Assembly: GCA_031459875.1 (NCBI GenBank)
Contig: JAVKHQ010000005.1
Location: 39,584-103,583 of the forward strand
Direction of reading: 5' to 3'
Length of the DNA stretch: 64,000 nt
Origin: Candidatus Fervidifonticultor sextus
Lineage (GTDB): Bacteria; Sysuimicrobiota; Sysuimicrobiia; Sysuimicrobiales; Humicultoraceae
The notes under the pieces are model-generated. The model did no database searches. It saw only the letters and a list, made by a program, of their open reading frames with translations, and had not been told where the DNA came from. Numbering within the stretch: the first letter of the stretch is position 1; each line of letters starts with the position of its first letter. A program made the position numbers and the translations under genes. Below are positions 56,475 through 64,000 of this stretch, piece after piece.

Positions 56475-57716
56475 TCAGTCCGACACGCGGCCGAACACCA
56501 GCGCCGCGTTGATCCCGCCGAAGCCGAAGGAGTTGCTGAGCACGTAGTGGACCCGCTGGTGGCGTCCCCGGTGGGGCACGTAGTCCAGGTCGCACTCGGG
56601 GTCGGGCTCGTCGAGGTTGATGGTCGGTGGCAGGTAGTCGAAGCGCAGGGCCAGCATGCAGATGGCGGCCTCCACGGCGCCGGTGGCGCCCAGTGCGTGG
56701 CCGTGCATGGACTTGGTGCCGCTGGTGGGAATCCGGCGGGCGTGCTCGTGGAAGACCGCTTTGATCGCGCGGGTCTCCGTCGTGTCGTTGAGCGGCGTCG
56801 AGGAGCCGTGGGCGTTGATGTAGTCGATCCGCTCGGGCTCCAGCCGGGCGTCGGCCAGGGCCAGGCGCATGGCCCGCGCGGCCTGGTCCCCCGAGGGCAG
56901 CGGGGCGGTCATGTGGTGGGCATCGTTGGTGGACCCGTACCCCAGGACTTCCCCGTAGACCTCCGCCCCGCGCGCCCTGGCGTGCTCCAGGGATTCCAGC
57001 ACCAACACCGCCGCGGCCTCGCCCATCACGAAGCCGTCGCGGTCCTTGTCGAAGGGCCGGCAGGCCGCCGCGGGGTTCCCGTTGCGCGTGGACATGGACC
57101 GGATGAGGTCGAAGGCGCCGAAGATCATCGGGGTCAGCGGGCACTCGACCCCTCCGGCCAGCATGACGTCGGCGTCGCCGTGGCGGATCAGCCGCGCGGC
57201 CTCCCCGATGGCGATGGCGCCGGACGCGCACGAGTCGGAGTTGGCGCTGGTGGGACCGCAGACCCCGAGGTCGATGGCGATGTTGCACGACGCCGAGCCC
57301 CCGAAGACCGCCAGGGCCAGCGTGGGCTTCACCCGGCGGATGCCCTGGGCGAGGAAGACGTTGTACTGCTCTTCGGCGAACGCCGCGCCGCCCAGCGCCG
57401 TGCCGATGAACACCCCGGTGCGATCCCGGTCCACATGCACCAGGTCCAGGCCGGCGTCGGCCACGGCCTGGCGGGCACAGACCACGGCGAACTGCGCGAA
57501 GCGATCCAGGCGCCGGACCTGCTTCGCGTCCAGGTGGCGTGAGGGGTCGAAATCGGTGACCTCCGCCGCCACGTGACAGGAGAACGGCGAGGGATCGAAC
57601 CGTTCGACCCGCCGAATCCCGGGCCGGGCGGCCCGGATCCCCTCCAGCAGCCCCGCCGCTCCGCTGCCGATGGGCGTGATCGCGCCAAGACCGGTGACGA
57701 CAACCCGGTGGGTCAC
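56475..57716 (-). CDS. Beta-ketoacyl-[ACP] synthase II (FabF-type KAS).
   Basis: Active-site Cys (SANSDSCASG) and His/His regions. GTG start overlapping the upstream stop. Confidence 0.85.
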   Translation of the reverse strand: MTHRVVVTGLGAITPIGSGAAGLLEGIRAARPGIRRVERFDPSPFSCHVAAEVTDFDPSRHLDAKQVRRLDRFAQFAVVCARQAVADAGLDLVHVDRDRTGVFIGTALGGAAFAEEQYNVFLAQGIRRVKPTLALAVFGGSASCNIAIDLGVCGPTSANSDSCASGAIAIGEAARLIRHGDADVMLAGGVECPLTPMIFGAFDLIRSMSTRNGNPAAACRPFDKDRDGFVMGEAAAVLVLESLEHARARGAEVYGEVLGYGSTNDAHHMTAPLPSGDQAARAMRLALADARLEPERIDYINAHGSSTPLNDTTETRAIKAVFHEHARRIPTSGTKSMHGHALGATGAVEAAICMLALRFDYLPPTINLDEPDPECDLDYVPHRGRHQRVHYVLSNSFGFGGINAALVFGRVSD

Positions 57717-58201
57717 GGCGTCTCCCCTTCTGCCGGTCGGCCCGCCGTCGGGCCGCCCGCCAGGGCGGCCTCCGCGCGCGCCTTCACGGCCTCGAGCGTC
57801 CTGCGCGCGATGAACTGGATGAAGATCGGTCCCACGATCAGGTCGCTGACCAGACGGCCGATGACCGGCCATCGCATCGTCAGGTCGTGGACGAGTTCCA
57901 CGTCAACCGTGTTCCCGTCAGGTGCAAACCGCCACTCGACCTCCATGCCGCGGGTGATGCCCGAAAGATGGCGGAAGGTGATCCGTCGGTCCTCGGGCCG
58001 GGCCTCCTGGACCGCGGTCCAGCGGGCCGGCCAGAGGCGGATGCGACCGCCCATGGCGAAGACCAGACGGCGGGGGGTGCGCTCCAGGACCCGGCACCAG
58101 CGGTACTCGCGCAGCAACTGCGGCCAGGCCTCTACGTCGCGGGCCAGCGCGAAGACTTCCTCCAGCGGGGCGGCGATCCTGGTGCGGTGGACGGTGTGCA
58201 C
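57713..58201 (-). CDS. SRPBCC (polyketide cyclase/dehydrase, START-like) domain protein.
   Basis: VHRTRIAAPLEEVFALARDVEAWPQ. GTG start directly after the upstream stop. Confidence 0.6.
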   Translation of the reverse strand: MHTVHRTRIAAPLEEVFALARDVEAWPQLLREYRWCRVLERTPRRLVFAMGGRIRLWPARWTAVQEARPEDRRITFRHLSGITRGMEVEWRFAPDGNTVDVELVHDLTMRWPVIGRLVSDLIVGPIFIQFIARRTLEAVKARAEAALAGGPTAGRPAEGETP

Positions 58202-58203
58202 GG

Positions 58204-59400
58204 CTAGCCCCTGCGCCGCGGCCCCGCCACCAGGCGCGCCAGGGCAGCGGCCAAGAGGATGTCCCGCGCCGGCAGCACGCCGCTCACCACGCCCAGCAGG
58301 GCCCGGATCAGCGTCGGGTCGTCCGCCAGGCGGCGGAAGAGCGCCGCGGCCAGGCGCGGCCGTCTGACGATCCACTGGAGGAGGCGGCTCGTCTGCCAGG
58401 TGTCGCGGAAGGCGGCGCGGCGCGCGCGCTCGTAGGGCGCCAGCGCCGCCTGTGAGGCCGGACCTCCCCGCAGGGCGCCGTCTGCGGCGTCTGAGGCCAG
58501 TTCGGCCCCGCGCAGCGCCAGCGCGATCCCCTCTCCGGTCATGGGGTCGATCGGGCCGGCGGCGTCGCCGACGAGCAGCAGGCCGTCGCCGACCGCGGGT
58601 CGGCGGACGTGGCCGAGCGGGCCCACCGCGACGAACGGCGACAGCCGCCGGGCTCCGCGCACGATGCCGCGCAGGACCGGCAGACCGTCGCACAGGGCGT
58701 GGAAGAGGGCTGCGGGATCCCGACCCGCGCGCCGGAAAAGCGTCCGCGGCGCGGCCACCACGACGTTGCCGAATCCGCCGCCGTAGAGGGCTGCGCCGGC
58801 ATACCATCCCCCTCCCAGGTGCAGGTCGCCCCTGGGGACCGGGGCCTGAAGCCCCTCGAAGTGGGCGCCGACGGTGTAGCGGACGTCGGCCGGTGAGGCC
58901 AGCGGGCCGCAGTGCCGCGCCACCACGGAACGGATGCCGTCGGCGCCGACGACGAGGCGGGCGGCGAGACGTAGGGTGCGCCCGCGGTGCCTTCCGGTCA
59001 CCGCCGGCATCACCCCCGGTGTGACCCGGTCCACCCGGAATTCTTCGAGCACCAGGGCACCGGCTGAGGCCGCCGCGGACAGCACCGCATGGTCGAGGCG
59101 CTCGCGGGGGATCAACAGGCCGCGGCCCGACGGGAACGGCACCCAGGCCGCGGTCCCGTCGGGGCCGGCGAGGAACATGCCCGACAGCGACGTCCCGCCC
59201 GAGGCGACCGACCGGGCGATCCCCATCCGATCCAGCGCCGCGACCGCGGCGGGGTTCAGGTACTCGCCGCACGGCTTGGGCCGGGGGAACCTGGCCCGGT
59301 CCACAACGACGACGCGGTAGCCGCGGCGCGCCAGCAGCAGCGCCGTGGCGCTGCCTGCCGGCCCGGCGCCGACCACCAGCACGTCAGCGTCCGGGCCCAT
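58204..59400 (-). CDS. FAD-dependent oxidoreductase of the geranylgeranyl-reductase / aromatic-ring-hydroxylase family.
   Basis: DVLVVGAGPAGSATALLLARRGYRVVVVDR (dinucleotide fold) and a GDAAG motif. Confidence 0.75.
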   Translation of the reverse strand: MGPDADVLVVGAGPAGSATALLLARRGYRVVVVDRARFPRPKPCGEYLNPAAVAALDRMGIARSVASGGTSLSGMFLAGPDGTAAWVPFPSGRGLLIPRERLDHAVLSAAASAGALVLEEFRVDRVTPGVMPAVTGRHRGRTLRLAARLVVGADGIRSVVARHCGPLASPADVRYTVGAHFEGLQAPVPRGDLHLGGGWYAGAALYGGGFGNVVVAAPRTLFRRAGRDPAALFHALCDGLPVLRGIVRGARRLSPFVAVGPLGHVRRPAVGDGLLLVGDAAGPIDPMTGEGIALALRGAELASDAADGALRGGPASQAALAPYERARRAAFRDTWQTSRLLQWIVRRPRLAAALFRRLADDPTLIRALLGVVSGVLPARDILLAAALARLVAGPRRRG

Positions 59401-60130
59401 GGCCGGGCGGCCATCGGACGATGGCGGCCCGCTGGAGGCGGTGCCGCCGGATCTCTGCGCCCTCCAGCCCCGCGGCGCGCGCGAGGCCGTGGATCTCAGG
59501 CCAGGTGAAGGCACGCCGCACCGACAGCGGGCCGTCGTGGCGGGCGAGGCGCCCGCCGCCCACCAGCCACGTGTCCGCGACGGCGCCGAGGTAGGCCGGC
59601 CAGGAGCGCAGCACATCGTTCACCACGAATGCGCCGCGGGCCACCCGATCGATCTCCCGCAGGACCTGCACGGCACCGTCGAACGAGAAGTGGTGCAGGG
59701 CCAGCGCGCTGATGACGACATCCACGCTGCGGTCGGCGAAGGGCAGCGCGCACGCATCGCCGCGCAGCAGGGCCACGTCGGGCAGACCGCAGATGCCCTC
59801 CCGGGCAGCCTGCAGGATGTCCGGGTTGATGTCGAGGGCCCAGATCCGAACCGGCAGCCCTCTGGTGCGGGCCCAGGACGACACAGCCGCCGGGATGTCC
59901 GCGGACGCGGTCGCCACGTCCAGGATCGCCAGCGGCCGCCGGGAGAGGAGGACCGCGAACTGCTCCAGGTAGCCGAGGATCAGGCGGCACCCGCCGTACC
60001 AGCGGTTCGTGCGACGGATGGCCTCCAGCAGCGCGGCGAATTCCTTTGGGTCCTGCCCCGGCGTATCGAGGAACTCGGGCGCCTGGCTCTTGGGTGGATA
60101 GCGCAAGACGTCACCCCGCTGTGTAGACAA
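59384..60130 (-). CDS. Class I SAM-dependent methyltransferase.
   Basis: ILDVATASADIP...DVVISALALHHF. Confidence 0.65.
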   Translation of the reverse strand: MSTQRGDVLRYPPKSQAPEFLDTPGQDPKEFAALLEAIRRTNRWYGGCRLILGYLEQFAVLLSRRPLAILDVATASADIPAAVSSWARTRGLPVRIWALDINPDILQAAREGICGLPDVALLRGDACALPFADRSVDVVISALALHHFSFDGAVQVLREIDRVARGAFVVNDVLRSWPAYLGAVADTWLVGGGRLARHDGPLSVRRAFTWPEIHGLARAAGLEGAEIRRHRLQRAAIVRWPPGHGPGR

Positions 60131-60183
60131 ACGCCCTGTGGGAACAGTCTAGGGGAGGGACTGTAACGGGTCTATGACGACGC

Positions 60184-61590
60184 CTACGGCGAACGATCCG
60201 GAGGACGGCGCAGCGCGACCAGCATCGAGGACACGGTCCGCTCGCCGCCCCGGGGCAGGGCGCTGACCACGCGGCCGCCCACGACCAGGGTGGCCGAGCC
60301 ACCGCCGTCCAGGTTCATCGCCTGGATCGCGCCGAGGTCCCGCATCAGGGAGGCGAGTTCGGGCAGGTTCATGCCACGGCTCTGCCGGCCGTGCGCATCG
60401 ACCGTCACGAAGAGGACCTTGCCGGCCTGCGTGATGCCGATCGCCGACCGCGCCGTCCTGATGGCATAGAAGCCGGCGCCAAACCCTTCCCAGGCGTACG
60501 GGATGAACACCTGGCCGTCCCGCACTAACTGCGGCCCGCCCTGGACCGCGTGGTAGATCCCCGACGGCGCCAGCCTGAGGTCGACCTGCACGGATTCGCC
60601 GCGGACGAGACCCAGCAGCAGGTGCTGTTGCGATTCTGCCGTCGCCAGGGCATAGCCGTCGGCGGGGATCACCGGTCGGCCGCTGGTGAAACCCACGATG
60701 CGGTCCTTGCGGACGAGGCTCACCAGCGAGTGCGGCATCGTCAACGGCCCGAACTCCGGCGTGTAGACTGCCACGCCGCCTGACCGGGGCGGCCGATTGA
60801 CGGCGGTGATGGGGATCCTGACCCCGCGCTCGGTCAGCAGGTGCCCGCTGAACTCCACCGGCCCGATCCACGGCCGTCCGGCGGCGTCCACCGCGAAGAC
60901 GACCCGCCTGGGGTGTGGGGTCGACAGGACCCGGCCATCGATGACGATCAGGCCGATCGGCAGGCCCGCCCGTGTGAAGAAGTTGCCGTTGATGGCGGCG
61001 ATGGCCTCCAGGCGCGTGGCGGCCGTGCTGGTGGTCTCGGTGGCGGCGATGACGGCCCCGCCCAGGGCCGGCCGGATGACCACGGCCTGCGCCCGGGGAT
61101 CGAGGGTGGCCACGTGGACCCGGGCGCGGCCCGCCCGGGTCGGGACCCGCATGGCCCGGTAGGCCACGCTGGCCGGTAGCGGCACGACGCCCAGTGACTC
61201 GGGGAAGACCGCGACGGTCAGCAGCCGGGGGCCGGTGAACACCTTGAAGCGGGCGGCGGCACGCACGTCGATCTCGAGGCGCACCACCTCGGGAGCGAGG
61301 CGACGGAGCGAGACCCTTGAGACGATGCCGCCGGCCTCCAGGAAGCGGTCGACGTCGCCCTCGACGGACCAGAGATCGACGACGATGCCGCCCGGACCCG
61401 CCGTCGTCCGGTAGCGGACCGGCGCCGTGAGGGACGCCGTGATCATCGTGGCCCCACCATCGAGACGCCAGCGGAGGTCGGTGAGGCGGGCAGAGTGGTC
61501 GGTGGCGCCCGCACCGGGAGGGTCAGCCAGCAGGCCGATCCCGGCGGCAGCGACGAGGACGAGCGCGCGGTAGCGCAGAGTGCGAGGCAT
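60184..61590 (-). CDS. Secreted phosphodiester glycosidase family protein (DUF2233).
   Basis: Signal peptide MPRTLRYRALVLVAAAGIG, then NGNFF...NLDGGGSATLVV. Confidence 0.7.
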   Translation of the reverse strand: MPRTLRYRALVLVAAAGIGLLADPPGAGATDHSARLTDLRWRLDGGATMITASLTAPVRYRTTAGPGGIVVDLWSVEGDVDRFLEAGGIVSRVSLRRLAPEVVRLEIDVRAAARFKVFTGPRLLTVAVFPESLGVVPLPASVAYRAMRVPTRAGRARVHVATLDPRAQAVVIRPALGGAVIAATETTSTAATRLEAIAAINGNFFTRAGLPIGLIVIDGRVLSTPHPRRVVFAVDAAGRPWIGPVEFSGHLLTERGVRIPITAVNRPPRSGGVAVYTPEFGPLTMPHSLVSLVRKDRIVGFTSGRPVIPADGYALATAESQQHLLLGLVRGESVQVDLRLAPSGIYHAVQGGPQLVRDGQVFIPYAWEGFGAGFYAIRTARSAIGITQAGKVLFVTVDAHGRQSRGMNLPELASLMRDLGAIQAMNLDGGGSATLVVGGRVVSALPRGGERTVSSMLVALRRPPDRSP

Positions 61591-61834
61591 CGGCACATCC
61601 CGGGTCCGACGTGAAGGTGCAGGTGCGTACCGCTTGCCGTCATGTACGCCCTGCCGACGGGCGACTCCTGCCGAGCGCCCGGGTCCCGGCATCGCAGCAC
61701 CCATCCGGTATTCCTGATGCCCACCTCCGCGTCTTCGACCGCAGGGCCGCAGGGACCGATGCGCCTCCTTTCCAAAAAGAAAAGCGCCCGGCCCACGAGC
61801 CAGGACGCCTCGACCGCGCGACCTGGCAAGCCGC

Positions 61835-62248
61835 CTACTGGGTGGCGCGCCCGTGCCGCAACAGGATGCTGACATCCCGGGACGGCTGGCGCTCCTCCAC
61901 CCTGATCACGTAGAACTGCCGTCGCCGGCCGTCGGCGAGCAGCCGGAGGTAGACCCGCCCGGTGCGCTTCGGCGACTCGCTCTCGAAGGTCGAGGTCCAT
62001 CCCCGGATGGTGAGCGTCGCGTAGAAGTCCCGGACCTGTTCGAAGGAGGCCTGAGAGCGGAGTTCGACCTGCTGCCAGGCCGCCTGGGGAAACCCGAAGG
62101 ACTCGCCGGCAAACGTCGTGCTTCCGACCCGGGTCGCCCTCGGGAAGTAGGGCAGGTCGCCCAGCCGATCCGTACGCGTGCGGACGGCGATCACCGCGGC
62201 CGCCGCGAGCACCGTGACGACCGCGATCGCCACGATCGTGCGCCGCAC
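61835..62248 (-). CDS. Hypothetical membrane-anchored protein.
   Basis: N-terminal TM helix TIVAIAVVTVLAAAAVIAV. Confidence 0.45.
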   Translation of the reverse strand: MRRTIVAIAVVTVLAAAAVIAVRTRTDRLGDLPYFPRATRVGSTTFAGESFGFPQAAWQQVELRSQASFEQVRDFYATLTIRGWTSTFESESPKRTGRVYLRLLADGRRRQFYVIRVEERQPSRDVSILLRHGRATQ

Positions 62249-62249
62249 C

Positions 62250-62636
62250 CTAGCGCTCCCGCGCGATCCCAGAGGCGGGGCTCACCAGTCCGCTGACGAG
62301 GTCGGGGAGGTTGTGGACGACCGCGGAGTTGCTGACCACCCGATCACAGCCCGCAGCCAGGGCGGCTTCACGCCGACGGGTCTCGCGGTGGCCGCAGAAA
62401 CCCAGCACCGGGATGGGCGCGAGATCCGGCTCGGCCTTCAGGGCCTGGATGAAGAAGGCGGCCTCGCGCGAGGAGCCCGCCAGGTTCACGACGATGGCAT
62501 CGGGCCGGCGCTGACGGGCCAGGGTCAGGGCCTCGGGACCGACGCCGACCGCCCTCGCCTGCCACCCCGCCGCACGCGCCTGAGCCAGGAGGCGCGTGCA
62601 GGAGAGCAGGTTGTCGTCCACGATCAGGACGAACAC
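62250..62636 (-). CDS. Stand-alone response-regulator receiver (CheY-like) domain protein.
   Basis: (M)FVLIVDDNLLSCTRLLAQ...PDAIVVNL. GTG start overlaps the upstream stop. Confidence 0.65.
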   Translation of the reverse strand: MFVLIVDDNLLSCTRLLAQARAAGWQARAVGVGPEALTLARQRRPDAIVVNLAGSSREAAFFIQALKAEPDLAPIPVLGFCGHRETRRREAALAAGCDRVVSNSAVVHNLPDLVSGLVSPASGIARER

Positions 62637-62638
62637 CG

Positions 62639-62956
62639 CTACACCGGAATGCCCATCATCTGGAGCTGCAGCTTCCCCTCCGGCGTCACCCTGTCGGTCG
62701 TCCAGGGGGGGATCCACACGAAGGCGACGGACACCTTCTCGGCGCCGATGGCCTGGAGCTTGTTCTCGATCTCCGCGGCGATCATGGGCCCGACCGGGCA
62801 GCCGGGGGCCGTCAGCGTCATGGTGATCGCCACGTCCTCGCCGGACACCTGGAGGTCGTAGATGAGCCCCAGGTCCCAGACGTTGACGGGGATCTCAGGG
62901 TCGAACACCGTGCGGAGGACGTCGATCACCTGTTCGCGGGTGATGCCATCGTCCAT
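62639..62956 (-). CDS. DUF59 / MIP18-family Fe-S cluster assembly protein (SufT-like).
   Basis: VIDVLRTVFDPEIPVNVWDLGLIYDL...CP. Confidence 0.8.
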   Translation of the reverse strand: MDDGITREQVIDVLRTVFDPEIPVNVWDLGLIYDLQVSGEDVAITMTLTAPGCPVGPMIAAEIENKLQAIGAEKVSVAFVWIPPWTTDRVTPEGKLQLQMMGIPV

Positions 62957-63070
62957 CGAGAACTCCCCCCTCGGACCAGGAGGTGTCCGTGACCTGTCGG
63001 GCGCGGCCCGACTATTCTAGCCGTCGGGTCGGGCCGCCGTCAAACCAGGGGGATGAGGAGACCGGCACCG

Positions 63071-64000
63071 ATGAGACGCCTGCGACTCCTGCTGTGGGGA
63101 GCCATTGCGCTCCTGTTCGTTGTGGGGCCGACCGCCGCCCGCTGGTACACCGACTGGCTCTGGTTCGGTGAGGTCGGCTACCTGCGGGTGTTCTGGGTGC
63201 CGTTCCTCTCCCGGGTGGCGGTCACCGCGGTGGTCGCGGCCGGGCTGTGGCTGCTGTTCTTCCTGAACCTCCGGCCCGTGCTGCGAGCCGCCAGCGCGGA
63301 AACCGTCGAGATGACCTGGCGGGGGGGCACTTTCCGTCCCGTGCGCCCCCGGTGGGTCGGGATGACGGTCGGCGGGTGGGCCTGGGCGCTGGCGGCGGTG
63401 GCCTTCGTCGTCGGCCTGGGAGCCTCGCGTCACTGGGTGGCCGTCATGCAGTTCCTGCACGCCGCCCCCTTTGGCGAGGCGGACCCGCTGTTCGGCCGTG
63501 ATATCGGGTTCTATGTCTTCCGCGTGCCGGTCTACCGCTTCGTCGCCGACGGCCTGTTTGCCTGGCTGGTCCTCCTCACCGCGGCCGTGGCGCTGGGGTA
63601 CGGGGCCATCTACGGGCGCCTGATGATGCGGGGGGTGTGGCTGGGGCCGTCGGGCGTCCGGGCCCACCTCTCGATCCTGCTGGGGGCGGCGGTGCTCGTC
63701 CGGGGCGCGGGGTTCTGGCTGGATGCGCTGGAGTTGCTCTACTCGGAGCGTGGACCGGCGTTTGGCGCCTCGTTTACCGACGTCCATGCCGTGCTCCCCG
63801 CCCTGCGGGTGCTGACGGTCCTGTTCGTGCTCTGCGGGCTCCTGCTGGTGGCCAACGCCTGGCTGCGGACCGTGCGGCCGGCGCTGGTCACCATCGGGTT
63901 GATCCTCGTGGCGTGGATCGGCGGACTGGTCGTCTACCCCGGACTGGTCCAGGCGCTGCGGGTGCGCCCCAACGAACTCACCGCCGAGACGCCGTTCATC
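63071..64000 (+). CDS. UPF0182-family multi-pass membrane protein. N-terminal part only; the gene continues beyond the window end.
   Basis: My own translation gives MRRLRLLLWGAIALLFVVGPTAARWYTDWLWFGEVGYLRVFWVPFLSR.... The ORF track omits it because it is 3'-truncated. Confidence 0.6.
   Translation, partial: MRRLRLLLWGAIALLFVVGPTAARWYTDWLWFGEVGYLRVFWVPFLSRVAVTAVVAAGLWLLFFLNLRPVLRAASAETVEMTWRGGTFRPVRPRWVGMTVGGWAWALAAVAFVVGLGASRHWVAVMQFLHAAPFGEADPLFGRDIGFYVFRVPVYRFVADGLFAWLVLLTAAVALGYGAIYGRLMMRGVWLGPSGVRAHLSILLGAAVLVRGAGFWLDALELLYSERGPAFGASFTDVHAVLPALRVLTVLFVLCGLLLVANAWLRTVRPALVTIGLILVAWIGGLVVYPGLVQALRVRPNELTAETPFI

Overview
High-GC (~70%) bacterial chromosomal window with short intergenic gaps and many GTGA/ATGA start-stop overlaps, so most genes sit in operons. 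The housekeeping synteny (prfA-prmC-sua5-rpiB ... glyA/upp, rho-rpmE, tdk, pth-rplY, ykaA/pit-like pair) is Firmicutes-like, which suggests a high-GC Clostridia-type lineage (Symbiobacterium/Thermaerobacter-like); this is inference only. Contents, 5' to 3': (1) a peptidoglycan-recycling operon: MurR/RpiR regulator, GNAT, Dpp-like ABC importer without ATPase genes, beta-lactamase-fold hydrolase, BadF-type sugar kinase, murQ, anmK, then argS. (2) an SLH-domain cell-surface protein with a long leader, then tal, rho, an M23/LysM peptidase and rpmE. (3) a first copper module (His-rich membrane protein, SCO1, PCu(A)C) and paralogous secreted proteins. (4) tdk, prfA, prmC, sua5, rpiB, glyA, upp, a PlsY-like::acyl-ACP-reductase-like fusion gene, glnA, a DEAD-box helicase with no canonical start codon, pit/DUF47 and ppa. 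(5) an ArsC/LMW-PTP-family arsenate reductase whose catalytic Cys codon in the CX5R motif is an in-frame TGA, with a hairpin starting 10 nt downstream, making it a candidate selenoprotein. (6) a roughly 11 kb bidirectional copper island at 41.7-53 kb (SCO x2, cupredoxins, cupredoxin::YVTN, Cys-tailed MarR, a PCu(A)C pseudogene carrying a TGG-to-TAG nonsense change, CopC, CopD::cytochrome c, DUF3105, MBL). It contains two further paralogs of an uncharacterized His-rich single-pass membrane protein family, which I rate the most likely undescribed element in the window. (7) a KAS / SRPBCC-cyclase / FAD-oxidoreductase / methyltransferase cassette, a phosphodiester glycosidase, a response regulator and a 3'-truncated UPF0182 gene. 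No rRNA, tRNA, CRISPR array or mobile element was recognised. A recurring extended -10 element, TGnTATGCT or TGnTATACT, marks several promoters. The large opposite-strand ORFs in the track are GC-content artefacts.
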